Assembly (NCBI GenBank): GCA_903839465.1
Contig: CAIMCI010000366.1
Location: 15,514 to 79,513, forward strand
Reading direction: 5' to 3'
DNA: 64,000 nt
Source of the DNA: an uncultured Pseudomonadota bacterium
GTDB taxonomy: Bacteria; Pseudomonadota; Gammaproteobacteria; Steroidobacterales; Steroidobacteraceae
Both the position numbers and the translations under genes were made by a program. The notes under the pieces are model-generated. The model was not told where the DNA came from. It was given only the letters and a program-made list of their open reading frames with translations, and did not search any database. Positions 1-8,247 of this stretch are shown one piece after another (positions within the stretch are counted from its first letter, which is position 1; every line of letters starts with the position of its first letter).

Positions 1-168
1 CAGGTCGTAGGAGGGGAACACCGTGGGCACGGCCTCGACGTCGAGCAGCACCTCGGCCTGCGGCCGCCAGCCCTTCATCTCACCCGCCACCTCCTGCATA
101 GCGGCGGCCTGGACCCGCTGCTCCTTGAGCGAGCCCATCAGCCCACCCGACCTCGCAGTGCGTGCCAT
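1..168 (-). CDS. Hypothetical protein, 5' end only (cut by window start); N-terminus looks like the leader of a RecA/Sak4-type ATPase
   Basis: ATG at 168 preceded by GGAGGTAGG. My translation is MARTARSGGLMGSLKEQRVQAAAMQEVAGEMKGWRPQAEVLLDVEAVPTVFPSYDL. The VPTxFPSxD segment typically precedes the Walker A loop in RecA-like proteins, but Walker A itself lies off-window. Confidence 0.35.
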   Translation of the reverse strand, partial: MARTARSGGLMGSLKEQRVQAAAMQEVAGEMKGWRPQAEVLLDVEAVPTVFPSYDL

Positions 169-172
169 CGGC

Positions 173-1558
173 CTACCTCCGCCTCATGGTGCGGCGCGCT
201 GGCGCCGGCGCGTCCTTCGGCTTAGCCGTCTGCTTGGGCTCGGGCTTCGGTTCCGGCTCGGGCTTGCCCTTGGCGGAGTAGCTAGCCGGGAAGTCGTCCT
301 CCGGCTTTGCGGGCTCCGCGTCCTTGCGGAACTTGTCCTTCATGCGCTTCAGCCCCTCCTCGACCATCACGCCGTTGTCGTCGTACTCGGCGTGACACTC
401 GGGGCACTTACTGTCGGTCGCGGGGAAGGCCACGCCGCACCAGTCGCATTCGACCGGACCGTTGTCTTCCTCCTCGTCCTGCGCCTCGCTCTGGTCGCCA
501 TCCTCCGCCGGTGCGTTGGCACCGAACGGGAACTGCTCACGCTCCGGCTCTCCGTCGCTGCGGTTGTTCTCTCGCTGCTGCTCCTCGACGGGCCCGAATA
601 GCTCGTCCCACGGCGGCACGAGCTTGCGGTGGCACCACCACTTCTCCATGCCCATCCGGAGCTCGCGCACGTTACCCGGGCGTGTGAGCGTGCCCATATC
701 GGGCGGCTCCTCGCCGAGCACCGACAGGATCTCCGGCCCGATCTCGAGCGAGAGCATCGCCTTGGCGTCGTACTTATCGCTGTACTCGCCGTGCTCGTCG
801 TAGCTCCAGCGCATCACGTAGGGGTGCCGCCACGGGTCGCCCTCGCCGTTCCACGGCTGCTTGCGCTGCTTGGCCCCGTCGCGGCAGTCCTCGATGCGCT
901 CGCCGATGACCTTCTGAATGGCCATGCCGAGCGTTTTCTTCTCCACCGTGATGAGCGCGCCGTCGGCGGGGCGGTTGTACTGCACCACCACGAACACGAA
1001 ATTGAGCTGCGGCGTGCAGTCCTCCATCCACGATGTCTTCAGGCTGATGCCCACCTCCTTGAGCTGGTCCTTCTCCTCGTCGGTGAGGTTCTTCTGGATG
1101 CTCTTCAGGTGGCCGCAGAACGGGCTGGCGTGCAGGACCTTCCGGTCGCGGCCGATGCGCATGTCGAAGATCGGGTCGAGCCAGCCGAGCTGGTCGGTCT
1201 CGATCATCTCGCGCACCCACTCGATGAGCAGCGCGAACGGGTCGATCTCGGGCGGAACCTTCAGCACGCCGTCGTCGTTGCGGCTGCGGCTGCCCTTGCA
1301 GTTTTGGTAGAACTCGTCACCCTCCAGGCCGTTGTAGCGCATGACGCGCAGAATCTTCTGCTCCTTGTCCTCCTTGTCGCGGCCCTCGCGCCACCAGTTA
1401 TTGAACCAGAGCGCCACGGGCTTCACACCAGGGTGCAGGACCACGTCGATCTTGCCGCGGTCCTTCCACCGCTCGAGGTAGCCGCCGCCCTCTCGCCCTC
1501 CGCCGCTGCCCCCGTAGCTCAGGAAGTCGTCCACGTCGGTCATTACTTTTCTTGCCAT
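173..1558 (-). CDS. Hypothetical early protein with C-terminal zinc ribbon and Lys/Pro-rich tail
   Basis: 461-aa ORF. AAGGAGCAATCGAGCA precedes ATG 1558. It has a CDWC-x9-CPEC four-Cys motif, an acidic linker and a KPEPEPKPEPK tail. No family recognised. Confidence 0.7.
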   Translation of the reverse strand: MARKVMTDVDDFLSYGGSGGGREGGGYLERWKDRGKIDVVLHPGVKPVALWFNNWWREGRDKEDKEQKILRVMRYNGLEGDEFYQNCKGSRSRNDDGVLKVPPEIDPFALLIEWVREMIETDQLGWLDPIFDMRIGRDRKVLHASPFCGHLKSIQKNLTDEEKDQLKEVGISLKTSWMEDCTPQLNFVFVVVQYNRPADGALITVEKKTLGMAIQKVIGERIEDCRDGAKQRKQPWNGEGDPWRHPYVMRWSYDEHGEYSDKYDAKAMLSLEIGPEILSVLGEEPPDMGTLTRPGNVRELRMGMEKWWCHRKLVPPWDELFGPVEEQQRENNRSDGEPEREQFPFGANAPAEDGDQSEAQDEEEDNGPVECDWCGVAFPATDSKCPECHAEYDDNGVMVEEGLKRMKDKFRKDAEPAKPEDDFPASYSAKGKPEPEPKPEPKQTAKPKDAPAPARRTMRRR

Positions 1559-1612
1559 TGCTCGATTGCTCCTTGCTTGTCCTCAGTTGTCGTTACGTAG
1601 GAAACCCCGCTG

Positions 1613-2248
1613 CTAGACCGAGCGGGAGGTGCTGACTATCGCGCGCACGTCGCGGGCTCGCTCGCTCGCCGCCTGGCGCAGGTCCTCGAGCACCGCCACC
1701 ATGTGCTTGAGCTTGTTGCGGTTCTGCTCGATCTCGAGGAATTGGTCCGGGTAGAGCGTCGCCATACGGTGCTCGATGTCGTCGTTGGTGATGGCCTTCT
1801 TGCGCGTGCCCTTCGCCTTCTCGTCCTCGAGCTCGGAGCTGGCCGCGTCACGCATGGGGCCGAGCACGAGCTTGGCCTCGATCTCGTAGTTGGCCACGGA
1901 CATCTTGGCGTTGGCCAAGAGCTGGCTCGCCTCGACGAAGTTCTCCTGCGCAAGGTCGAGCTTGTCGCAGAGCTCGCCGTGCTGGAGCCGGCTCGGCTTG
2001 ATGGGGCGGATGGCGTTGCGTAGCTTGTCGCACGCGTCAGCCGGGTCCGGCAGGTCGAACACCCAGCTACAAATGCGGGAGTAGCCACGCGGCAGGACCG
2101 GCGGCTCGAACGCGTGCGGTGGGTGGGGGGGCCGCTCGGTGTCGGCGTGTTTGGCGTCGAGCTCGCTCTGCTCGACCAACGACGGCACACCCGGGATGGG
2201 CGCGGTGGGGAATAGCTCGGGAGGTTTGACTTCGGATCGTCTTCTCAT
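1613..2248 (-). CDS. Hypothetical early protein
   Basis: 211-aa ORF. ATG 2248 lies exactly 10 nt downstream of a CGCGCCAT box. No domain recognised. Confidence 0.65.
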   Translation of the reverse strand: MRRRSEVKPPELFPTAPIPGVPSLVEQSELDAKHADTERPPHPPHAFEPPVLPRGYSRICSWVFDLPDPADACDKLRNAIRPIKPSRLQHGELCDKLDLAQENFVEASQLLANAKMSVANYEIEAKLVLGPMRDAASSELEDEKAKGTRKKAITNDDIEHRMATLYPDQFLEIEQNRNKLKHMVAVLEDLRQAASERARDVRAIVSTSRSV

Positions 2249-2258
2249 GCCCGGGATG

Positions 2259-2266
2259 ATGGCGCG
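2259..2266 (-). promoter_or_regulatory. CGCGCCAT box, 10 nt upstream of ATG 2248
   Basis: Coding strand reads TAGCGCGCCATCATCCCGGGCATG. The box starts right after the polymerase TAG stop. No SD in the spacer. Confidence 0.55.
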
Positions 2267-4729
2267 CTAGCCCATGCCCGGGAGCTGCGACTGACCTGCC
2301 GGCTTCTTGCGTCCCGCCCCTCGCTTAGGGCGGGCTAGCACCTGCTCGCTAAACAGCGTGCCCGTCATGCTCTTGGCCGTCTGCTTGCGCGGCCTGGTCT
2401 TGCCAATCTCCCGCCAGCCCTGGTGCGGGAAGCACGCCTCGAGCACGCGCTCTGTCGCCGGGTAGACCATGCTCTCCCAAAGGTGGTGCCGGTCGACGTC
2501 GTCGTTGTAGTCCTCGGCGGGTGCGACCTTCTGAGGACTCACACTCCCGTCCGTCACGTAGTACTCAACCTTGCTCCCCTCGCCTACGTCACGACCTCGC
2601 TTGGCTAGCACCTTGGCCACCTCGACGTGCGCCGGCTGCTGCATCTCGGTGCCGTCCTTCTTCAGCCGGACCTTGTAGGCGCGGATGTTCTGCGTGAGCG
2701 TCTTCGACGTGCGCACATCCTCGATCGCGAGCGGCCCCTCGAGCACCTCGCCCCGGCGCCGGAGGACTATCTCCCGGCACGCCTCCGCCCCCTCGAGCTT
2801 GAGCAGCGCACCGATCACCTCGGCCTGCATCTCCCGAGCGATACGCACCGTGTCGCCGCGCTTGTACTCGAGCCCCTTGATCTCCGGCTTGCTGTCGGCC
2901 GTGGCGCGTGTGCCCTTGTAATGGGCAAACACGGCTGCGTACCTCTTCTTGCTCACCATCGCCAGGACGCTGAACTCCTTCTCGTAGGCGAGGCTGATCT
3001 CGTTACGCACGCAGCCAAGCTCGGCAAGCACCCGCGGGAACAGGTCCTTGTTGCACCACTCGGCGAACTCCCGGAACTGGCTCTCTGTGCACCCCGTGAC
3101 GAAGCTCGAGTCGGTGTCGCAGTAAAAGGCGCACCAGCCCTTCCGCTCCGCCTCCTTGATGACCAGCTTGATGAGCCAGACGCCAGCCTGCGTCACGCTC
3201 TCGGCCACGTCGCGCACGAAAAAGCGGGACAACGGAGAGCCAACCACCCCGTAGAACGTGTTGGCAACAATCTTGAAGCCCGTCGCCTGCCGGTCCGCCT
3301 CCTTCCACTCCTTGGTACCCGGCGGCAGGCTGGCCTTGAGCTTGTTCCACTTGGCGCGTAGCTCCCGAATGCGCGTCACCGCCTTCGGCAGGAAGCCCTC
3401 CGGCTCCGCCCTAAACGCCCAGCCGAGGTCCGGCACCTCGGAGCACCCAGGCGGGCGAGGCGTGCCCTTGTAGTAGCGCTGATCGAAGTGCATCATCCCG
3501 GCACTCGCCTGCTTACCCACGCGCATCCCCGTCTGCGTCTCGGGCGACAGGTTCCACGTCTGGATAATGCTTGGGTACAGGGCGGCGAAGTCGCACACGT
3601 GTACGTCCCGCACGATGCCGAGCCTTGTTGGCTCCATCACGTAGGCTCCCTCGAACGGAGCAGCCACCGGGATGTGCCACTTGGTCGGGAAGCGGATGCC
3701 GCTGCCACGAGCGAGCTTCAGGAGGAACCCCTCGACGAAGTGCGTGCCGTGGCTGCCGTGCGTGTCGGGGAACGTGTTGCACGCCTCGCACACCGTGCAG
3801 ACCAAGTCGAGGTAGCCAGTCTTCTCCTCGATGCGCCGCAAGAGGTCGGAGTCCTTCAGGTTGTACTTAGGCAGCGCCGGGTCCTTCCGCTCCCATGCCT
3901 CGTAGCTGTGGGCCGAGTCGAACTCGTCCTTGCCCTCGCCGAGCACCTGCTGCGCGATGGCCTCGAGCTTGTAGCTCTGCTTCTCCTCGCCGGACTCGCT
4001 CGCGGTGACGTTCATCCGACGGAAGATCTCCAGGTGGTCGACCCACAGCCAGCCGTCCCACGATGCCTGGATACCGCACTCCGCCGCCCTAGCCTTGAGC
4101 ACCGGCAGGTCGAACCGATCGAGGTTCCACGCCGCCACCTGGTCGAACTGGTCGAGCAGGGCGAGCAGCTCCTCGATGAGCTCGCGCTCGGCATCCAGTG
4201 TCCACTCGCGCAGGACGCGCACTACGCGCACCGTGTTGTCGTCGGACACCACCGCCCAGGAGAGGATCCGCATCTCCTCCTTCTTGCTGAACGGCAGGCG
4301 GCTGTCCGTCTCGAGGTCGAGGTAGCAGCGGCGAGGACGCTGGAACTCCAGCTCGTCGGCATGGTCAGTGAGCCAGCGGCGCACCGGCAGAACGTCGGCC
4401 TCGAACACTTCCTTCACGCCCCACCGCTCCATGTAGCAGTCGCGCGTCCCGTCCGGACGCGGTCGGTCCGGAGTCTCGGTGGCGCGGCGGAGCATCTCCC
4501 GGGAGCGGAAGCTCACCCGGTAGTGGCCGTCCTTCTCATCCCGGATGCCGAGCACGGCGCTGCTCTTGCGCAGCATCGTCACGAGCTCTGGCGTTGCGTC
4601 CTTCTTGCGCATGAACATGCAGTGGTCGGCCCGCTCCCGGCGCTGCACGCGGCGGCCCGTGGCGTCGCGGCTCACCACCACGACGCCCGAGCTGCCGTCC
4701 CAGTACGCGTTGACCGCCTTGATGGTCAT
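2267..4729 (-). CDS. Family B DNA polymerase with 3'-5' exonuclease domain
   Basis: 820 aa. Exo I DLETD, Exo II WNLDRFDLP, Exo III YNLKDSDLL. Pol motif A DFAALYPSII, motif B KIVANTFYGVVG, motif C YCDTDS. Confidence 0.95.
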   Translation of the reverse strand: MTIKAVNAYWDGSSGVVVVSRDATGRRVQRRERADHCMFMRKKDATPELVTMLRKSSAVLGIRDEKDGHYRVSFRSREMLRRATETPDRPRPDGTRDCYMERWGVKEVFEADVLPVRRWLTDHADELEFQRPRRCYLDLETDSRLPFSKKEEMRILSWAVVSDDNTVRVVRVLREWTLDAERELIEELLALLDQFDQVAAWNLDRFDLPVLKARAAECGIQASWDGWLWVDHLEIFRRMNVTASESGEEKQSYKLEAIAQQVLGEGKDEFDSAHSYEAWERKDPALPKYNLKDSDLLRRIEEKTGYLDLVCTVCEACNTFPDTHGSHGTHFVEGFLLKLARGSGIRFPTKWHIPVAAPFEGAYVMEPTRLGIVRDVHVCDFAALYPSIIQTWNLSPETQTGMRVGKQASAGMMHFDQRYYKGTPRPPGCSEVPDLGWAFRAEPEGFLPKAVTRIRELRAKWNKLKASLPPGTKEWKEADRQATGFKIVANTFYGVVGSPLSRFFVRDVAESVTQAGVWLIKLVIKEAERKGWCAFYCDTDSSFVTGCTESQFREFAEWCNKDLFPRVLAELGCVRNEISLAYEKEFSVLAMVSKKRYAAVFAHYKGTRATADSKPEIKGLEYKRGDTVRIAREMQAEVIGALLKLEGAEACREIVLRRRGEVLEGPLAIEDVRTSKTLTQNIRAYKVRLKKDGTEMQQPAHVEVAKVLAKRGRDVGEGSKVEYYVTDGSVSPQKVAPAEDYNDDVDRHHLWESMVYPATERVLEACFPHQGWREIGKTRPRKQTAKSMTGTLFSEQVLARPKRGAGRKKPAGQSQLPGMG

Positions 4730-4791
4730 GGCAAATGCACCACGAGCCGCAAGACCTCGAATCCTGCGGCTCGTCTGTCTGGGGACTTCAT
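4726..4791 (-). CDS. Possible 21-codon upstream ORF translationally coupled to the polymerase (MKSPDRRAAGFEVLRLVVHLP)
   Basis: ATG 4791 lies exactly 10 nt downstream of a CGCGCCAT box. Its TGA (4728..4726) overlaps the polymerase ATG (4729..4727) as ATGA. Too short to judge coding potential. Confidence 0.25.
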   Translation of the reverse strand: MKSPDRRAAGFEVLRLVVHLP

Positions 4792-4801
4792 GCCCCCAAT
4801 G

Positions 4802-4809
4802 ATGGCGCG
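4802..4809 (-). promoter_or_regulatory. CGCGCCAT box, 10 nt upstream of ATG 4791
   Basis: Coding strand reads GGCCGCGCCATCATTGGGGGCATG. Confidence 0.5.
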
Positions 4810-4811
4810 GC

Positions 4812-6191
4812 CTACTTCTTCGATGTCTTCTTGGCCTTCTTCGCCGCCTTGACGGGCTTCGGCTTCTTCGTGGCCTTTGCCTTGGGTGCCGGCTTCTCCT
4901 TGTCGGCCTTGGTCTGCGTGTGCACGGCGGGCTCCTCGGCAGCCGTGCCGCGCGAGCGGTCGACCACCAATACGAGGCCCTTCGCCGTCTGGCCCAGGCG
5001 GTAGCGGACCACCACGCCGTTCACCATGTCCTCGGTACCCACCGGCTCGTCGCCGATGCGCTGCGCACGGACCTTGCTCTTGTCCTGCCCCTTGCCGTGC
5101 GCCCCGCAGAAGAGCGGGATGGTGATGCGGCCGAGCAGGCTGGCCACCGTGACGCGGCCGGCATCCTCCTGCTTCTTGGCGGCAGCTTTGATCGCTTCTC
5201 GCTGTGCGGCCCTCGTCTCTTGTCCTCGCTTACCAGCCTCCCCCATTTTCGCCCTGCTACCACCCAACGATTGTGCAACCGTCTTCGGCGGAACCTTGCC
5301 TTCGAGCTTGTTCTTGACCAGCTGCTGCTTGACGTCCATTGCGATCTGGCTGCTCGTGTAGTCGCCATCCTCTGCCATCTTCTCGATGAGCCGTTGCCGG
5401 TCCTCCTCCGGAATCTTGGTCGCGAGCAAAAGCTTCGTGACGCCGAACTTCGCTACCTGGTCCCGCGTGAACGCCAGCGCCACGTCCATGAAGTTGCGTG
5501 CGTGCTGCCCGCTGATACCGAGCTCCACGTCCGAGAACTTGTCGAATGACTTGTAGCGCGCCTTACATTCGTCATCCACACGAACCTTGTAGAGCTGGTT
5601 CACGTAGATTTCGTAAACGGCCTTGCCAATATCCCAGTAGCAGATCACCGCAGCTGTCTTCAGGTCGTGGACCCGCTTGACCTTCTCATTCAGCTCGGCG
5701 ATCTTCTCCTTGAAATTCGCCAGCTCAGCTGGCTTAGCCGGCACGATGGCCTTGCTCCCATTCGACCCCGCCTCAGGTTCAACTTTCTGCTCGGGCTCCT
5801 TTGAGTCGTCCTCTTCCCCGACTCCGCAGTACGGACACTCGGGTAATTCGGTGGCGCTGATACCGTGGCAGTTGTCGCAGTCGGCGAGGTCGTCCTCATC
5901 GTGCATCTTCAATTGGTAGTCGAGCGCCGTCTCGACCAGCTGCGCGGGCGTCGCCCCCGTCGGCACCACCAGGCTCCACTTGACGAGCCAACGCTTCACA
6001 ACCTCGGGCTTCACCTTACCCATCTTGACGGCTGCAAGTGCCTCCTTGAGCGCCGGCTTGCCCTCCTCCATGTCGGCCGGCAAGAGTTCCGTCTGCTCCG
6101 CCGCCGTCGGCTTGCCCCTCGCCTTCCTCGGTTCCTTCGCGGTCGTCGGGTTCTCTTTGGTAGTCATGTTCATTCGGCTCCTGCCTTTCAC
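4812..6191 (-). CDS. Putative DNA-binding protein (zinc ribbon, DUF3102-like HTH segment, histone-H1-like Lys-rich tail)
   Basis: 459-aa ORF with CDNC-x12-CPYC. The segment CYWDIGKAVYEI...ELGISGQHARNFMDVALAF resembles DUF3102-type HTH proteins. The C-terminus is KPAPKAKATKKPKPVKAAKKAKKTSKK. The start is uncertain (GTG 6191, or ATG 6173/6167 after AGGAG). Confidence 0.65.
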   Translation of the reverse strand: MKGRSRMNMTTKENPTTAKEPRKARGKPTAAEQTELLPADMEEGKPALKEALAAVKMGKVKPEVVKRWLVKWSLVVPTGATPAQLVETALDYQLKMHDEDDLADCDNCHGISATELPECPYCGVGEEDDSKEPEQKVEPEAGSNGSKAIVPAKPAELANFKEKIAELNEKVKRVHDLKTAAVICYWDIGKAVYEIYVNQLYKVRVDDECKARYKSFDKFSDVELGISGQHARNFMDVALAFTRDQVAKFGVTKLLLATKIPEEDRQRLIEKMAEDGDYTSSQIAMDVKQQLVKNKLEGKVPPKTVAQSLGGSRAKMGEAGKRGQETRAAQREAIKAAAKKQEDAGRVTVASLLGRITIPLFCGAHGKGQDKSKVRAQRIGDEPVGTEDMVNGVVVRYRLGQTAKGLVLVVDRSRGTAAEEPAVHTQTKADKEKPAPKAKATKKPKPVKAAKKAKKTSKK

Positions 6192-6203
6192 GGTTTCCTA
6201 TCA

Positions 6204-6211
6204 ATGGCGCG
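6204..6211 (-). promoter_or_regulatory. CGCGCCAT box, 12 nt upstream of GTG 6191
   Basis: Coding strand reads CCGCGCCATTGATAGGAAACCGTGAAAGGCAGGAGCCGAATG. Here a short leader with AGGAG follows the box. Confidence 0.45.
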
Positions 6212-6217
6212 GTCTTA

Positions 6218-6252
6218 GGTGAAAAACTTAAAATCATTTTAAGCTTTTCACC
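6218..6252. promoter_or_regulatory. AT-rich 35-bp near-perfect palindrome (17-nt arms, 1 mismatch)
   Basis: GGTGAAAAACTTAAAAT-C-ATTTTAAGCTTTTCACC. It lies between the sigma gene stop (6267) and the CGCGCCAT box at 6204..6211. An extra TTCACC follows at 6253..6258. Confidence 0.5.
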
Positions 6253-6266
6253 TTCACCCCGGCCCG

Positions 6267-6905
6267 TCAGCCTGCCTCACTAGTCCGCCGCCCTAGTCCG
6301 CGCAGAACCTGCTCCGCCTCGGCAATGAGGCCCGTCAGCTCCCGCCTCCTCATCGTCGGCGGCAGCCGAAGCTCGAGTCGATCGGCAGCAGTACGGGCGT
6401 CACCCACCTCGAGCAGGGCCAGCGCGGCCCTCATCATCGGCAGCGACATCTCGCCGATCATCTGCACGAGCTCCGTCTCCTCGCCGGCCGTGCCCGCCTC
6501 CTCGGTCCACCGGCGGTGCGCCTCCTCGTCGAAGGCCCACTGCCCGCCGTCCCCCTCCTCGAGCTCGCGCAGGCAGCAGGCGGCAACGTCGTGGCGGCTC
6601 TGCGCCCGGTCGCTCCGCCGTAGCGCACCCCGCTGCTCGTTGATCCACCGCTTGGTGTCCGTGACTGCGGACCAGAAGACGAACGCCTTGACCGGCACGC
6701 CACGGGTTGGGTCGTAGAAGCCGACGGCCCGCCACGCGGCGAGCAGCAGCTGCTGCACCAGATCCTCATCCTCCACGGCCAGCGGCACCGGCCAGCGGCG
6801 GTGCAGCCACCGGGCCACCTTCTGCCACTCGGCCCGGGTGGCTCGCTCGAACTCGGCGAACGTCACGCGCCCCGCGTAGAGCGCTTCAATGTGCGGCTTC
6901 AGCAA
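6267..6905 (-). CDS. Phage-encoded sigma-70 family (ECF-like) sigma factor
   Basis: 212 aa. A region-2-like segment reads EDEDLVQQLLLAAWRAVGFYDPTRGVPVKAFVFWSAVTDTKRWINEQ, and there is a C-terminal helical region-4-like segment. TTG start 8 nt after GAGAGGAG. Confidence 0.7.
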   Translation of the reverse strand: MLKPHIEALYAGRVTFAEFERATRAEWQKVARWLHRRWPVPLAVEDEDLVQQLLLAAWRAVGFYDPTRGVPVKAFVFWSAVTDTKRWINEQRGALRRSDRAQSRHDVAACCLRELEEGDGGQWAFDEEAHRRWTEEAGTAGEETELVQMIGEMSLPMMRAALALLEVGDARTAADRLELRLPPTMRRRELTGLIAEAEQVLRGLGRRTSEAG

Positions 6906-6920
6906 TGTGACGGCTCCTCT

Positions 6921-6959
6921 CGAAAAGAAAGGGGGAGGCCCGGCGTCCCAGGCCTCCCC
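6921..6959 (-). terminator. Intrinsic terminator-like hairpin between the DUF932-like gene and the sigma gene
   Basis: Minus strand reads GGGGAGGCC-TGGGACGCCG-GGCCTCCCC (9-bp perfect stem) followed by CTTTCTTTTCG. It starts 20 nt after the stop at 6980. Confidence 0.6.
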
Positions 6960-6979
6960 GGCTGGCTACTCCCGAAAAC

Positions 6980-8098
6980 TCAGGCCGCCCTGGAGATGAC
7001 CGACCACTCCTTGGGCGACAGCGTGATGACCTCTCCGCCCGCGCGCTCGAACGCGGTGGCGTCCTCGTAGTCGGCGAGCGCCGTCGATGCGGCCGTGATC
7101 GCGCTCGACAATCCCCACTGCGAAAGGTCCCCGCCCTGGGCGAGGTAGGTGAGGATCGACCCGGAGCTCGACGGAGGCAGGGAGAGCTGCACGACCGCGG
7201 CGTCCACCACCTTGGCCAGCTCCTTGCTCTCGATAGGCCGCTCCGCCGCCATGTGGATGTCCTTGACGGCTGCCTCGAACAGCTTGCGGTCGAACGCAGC
7301 GGCCGTCACGTCGGCTACCTTCATGAAGAACGCCCGGTCGTCCGCCTGGCGCGTCTCGTCACGGAACACCTCCAGGTGCGCGTCGGCCTCGAAGGAGCGG
7401 CCGATGTGGTACTTGCGCATCGCCCTCTCCTTCAAGATGGCGAGGTTGGTGCACCAGGTGGTGAAGACCGACGGCTCGACCCGGAGCGTGCCGGCGCCGA
7501 CCTCGCTGTTGCTGACGACGATTGCCGCCACCACCTTACCCGCCGCGTTGCCCCGGTACTCGGCCACCGCGTTGTGCCCGTTGCCCCAGGTCATGCCGGG
7601 GGGCAGGTCGTCCGAGAGCGCCGGCAGAATTGCCTTCACATACATCCGGGTCTCGGTCAGCTCGGCCGAGACGATCTGGGCATTGAGCTCGATGAGCTTC
7701 GGTAGCACCACCTGGGCGAGGTCGAAGTTGTCGAGCGGACGGTACTTGGGGCTGAGCACGGCCCGCACCTCGCCGTCGAGCGTGCGGATCATCCGCTTGT
7801 TCTCCGGATCAGCGCGGAGCCACGTGTTGACGTTGTGCGCGAGCAGGTCGGGCTGCTCCTCGGCCATGCGCTGGTAGTACCGGGTCGGGATGCCGAGCAG
7901 GTCGGAGAGCTGCTTATGCCCGTGCGGGCGCACCGGCATGTCGCCGCCGTTCACCCCGCCAATGCGAATGCCGCCTCCCTCGGCGACGGACACGGGCACC
8001 GCCTCGATCCTCGCCTGCGGTGCGATGAAGTCACGCCGCGTCTTCGTCTGCCTGTCGAGCTCCGTCGCCAACTCCTGAAGGGTCTTGCCAGTTTTCAT
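6980..8098 (-). CDS. DUF932-like phage/plasmid protein
   Basis: 372 aa. The N-terminus (KTLQELATELDRQ) and the LSPKYRPLDNFD segment resemble DUF932-family proteins of ICEs and phages, judged from memory only. Confidence 0.5.
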   Translation of the reverse strand: MKTGKTLQELATELDRQTKTRRDFIAPQARIEAVPVSVAEGGGIRIGGVNGGDMPVRPHGHKQLSDLLGIPTRYYQRMAEEQPDLLAHNVNTWLRADPENKRMIRTLDGEVRAVLSPKYRPLDNFDLAQVVLPKLIELNAQIVSAELTETRMYVKAILPALSDDLPPGMTWGNGHNAVAEYRGNAAGKVVAAIVVSNSEVGAGTLRVEPSVFTTWCTNLAILKERAMRKYHIGRSFEADAHLEVFRDETRQADDRAFFMKVADVTAAAFDRKLFEAAVKDIHMAAERPIESKELAKVVDAAVVQLSLPPSSSGSILTYLAQGGDLSQWGLSSAITAASTALADYEDATAFERAGGEVITLSPKEWSVISRAA

Positions 8099-8247
8099 CG
8101 TTCGGTTCCTTCTTCTGGCGATGCCTTCCGGCGTGATTGCCGGCCCGGCTCGCCGGGTTGCCGCCCGGGTGGCGGCCTAGGACCCAAACCTAGCCTGAAA
8201 CTATCCCCTAGCCTAGCCTTTTTTGAGGGCCAACTTTCCCGCTGGAA

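Noticed and set aside
173-1558. Calling the 461-aa early protein an SSB or a Cas4/DUF2800-type nuclease
   Set aside because: The only support is its position next to a RecA-like gene and a four-Cys C-terminal motif. The CxxC-x9-CxxC spacing fits a zinc ribbon rather than the Cas4 Fe-S pattern, and I saw no OB-fold or nuclease motif.
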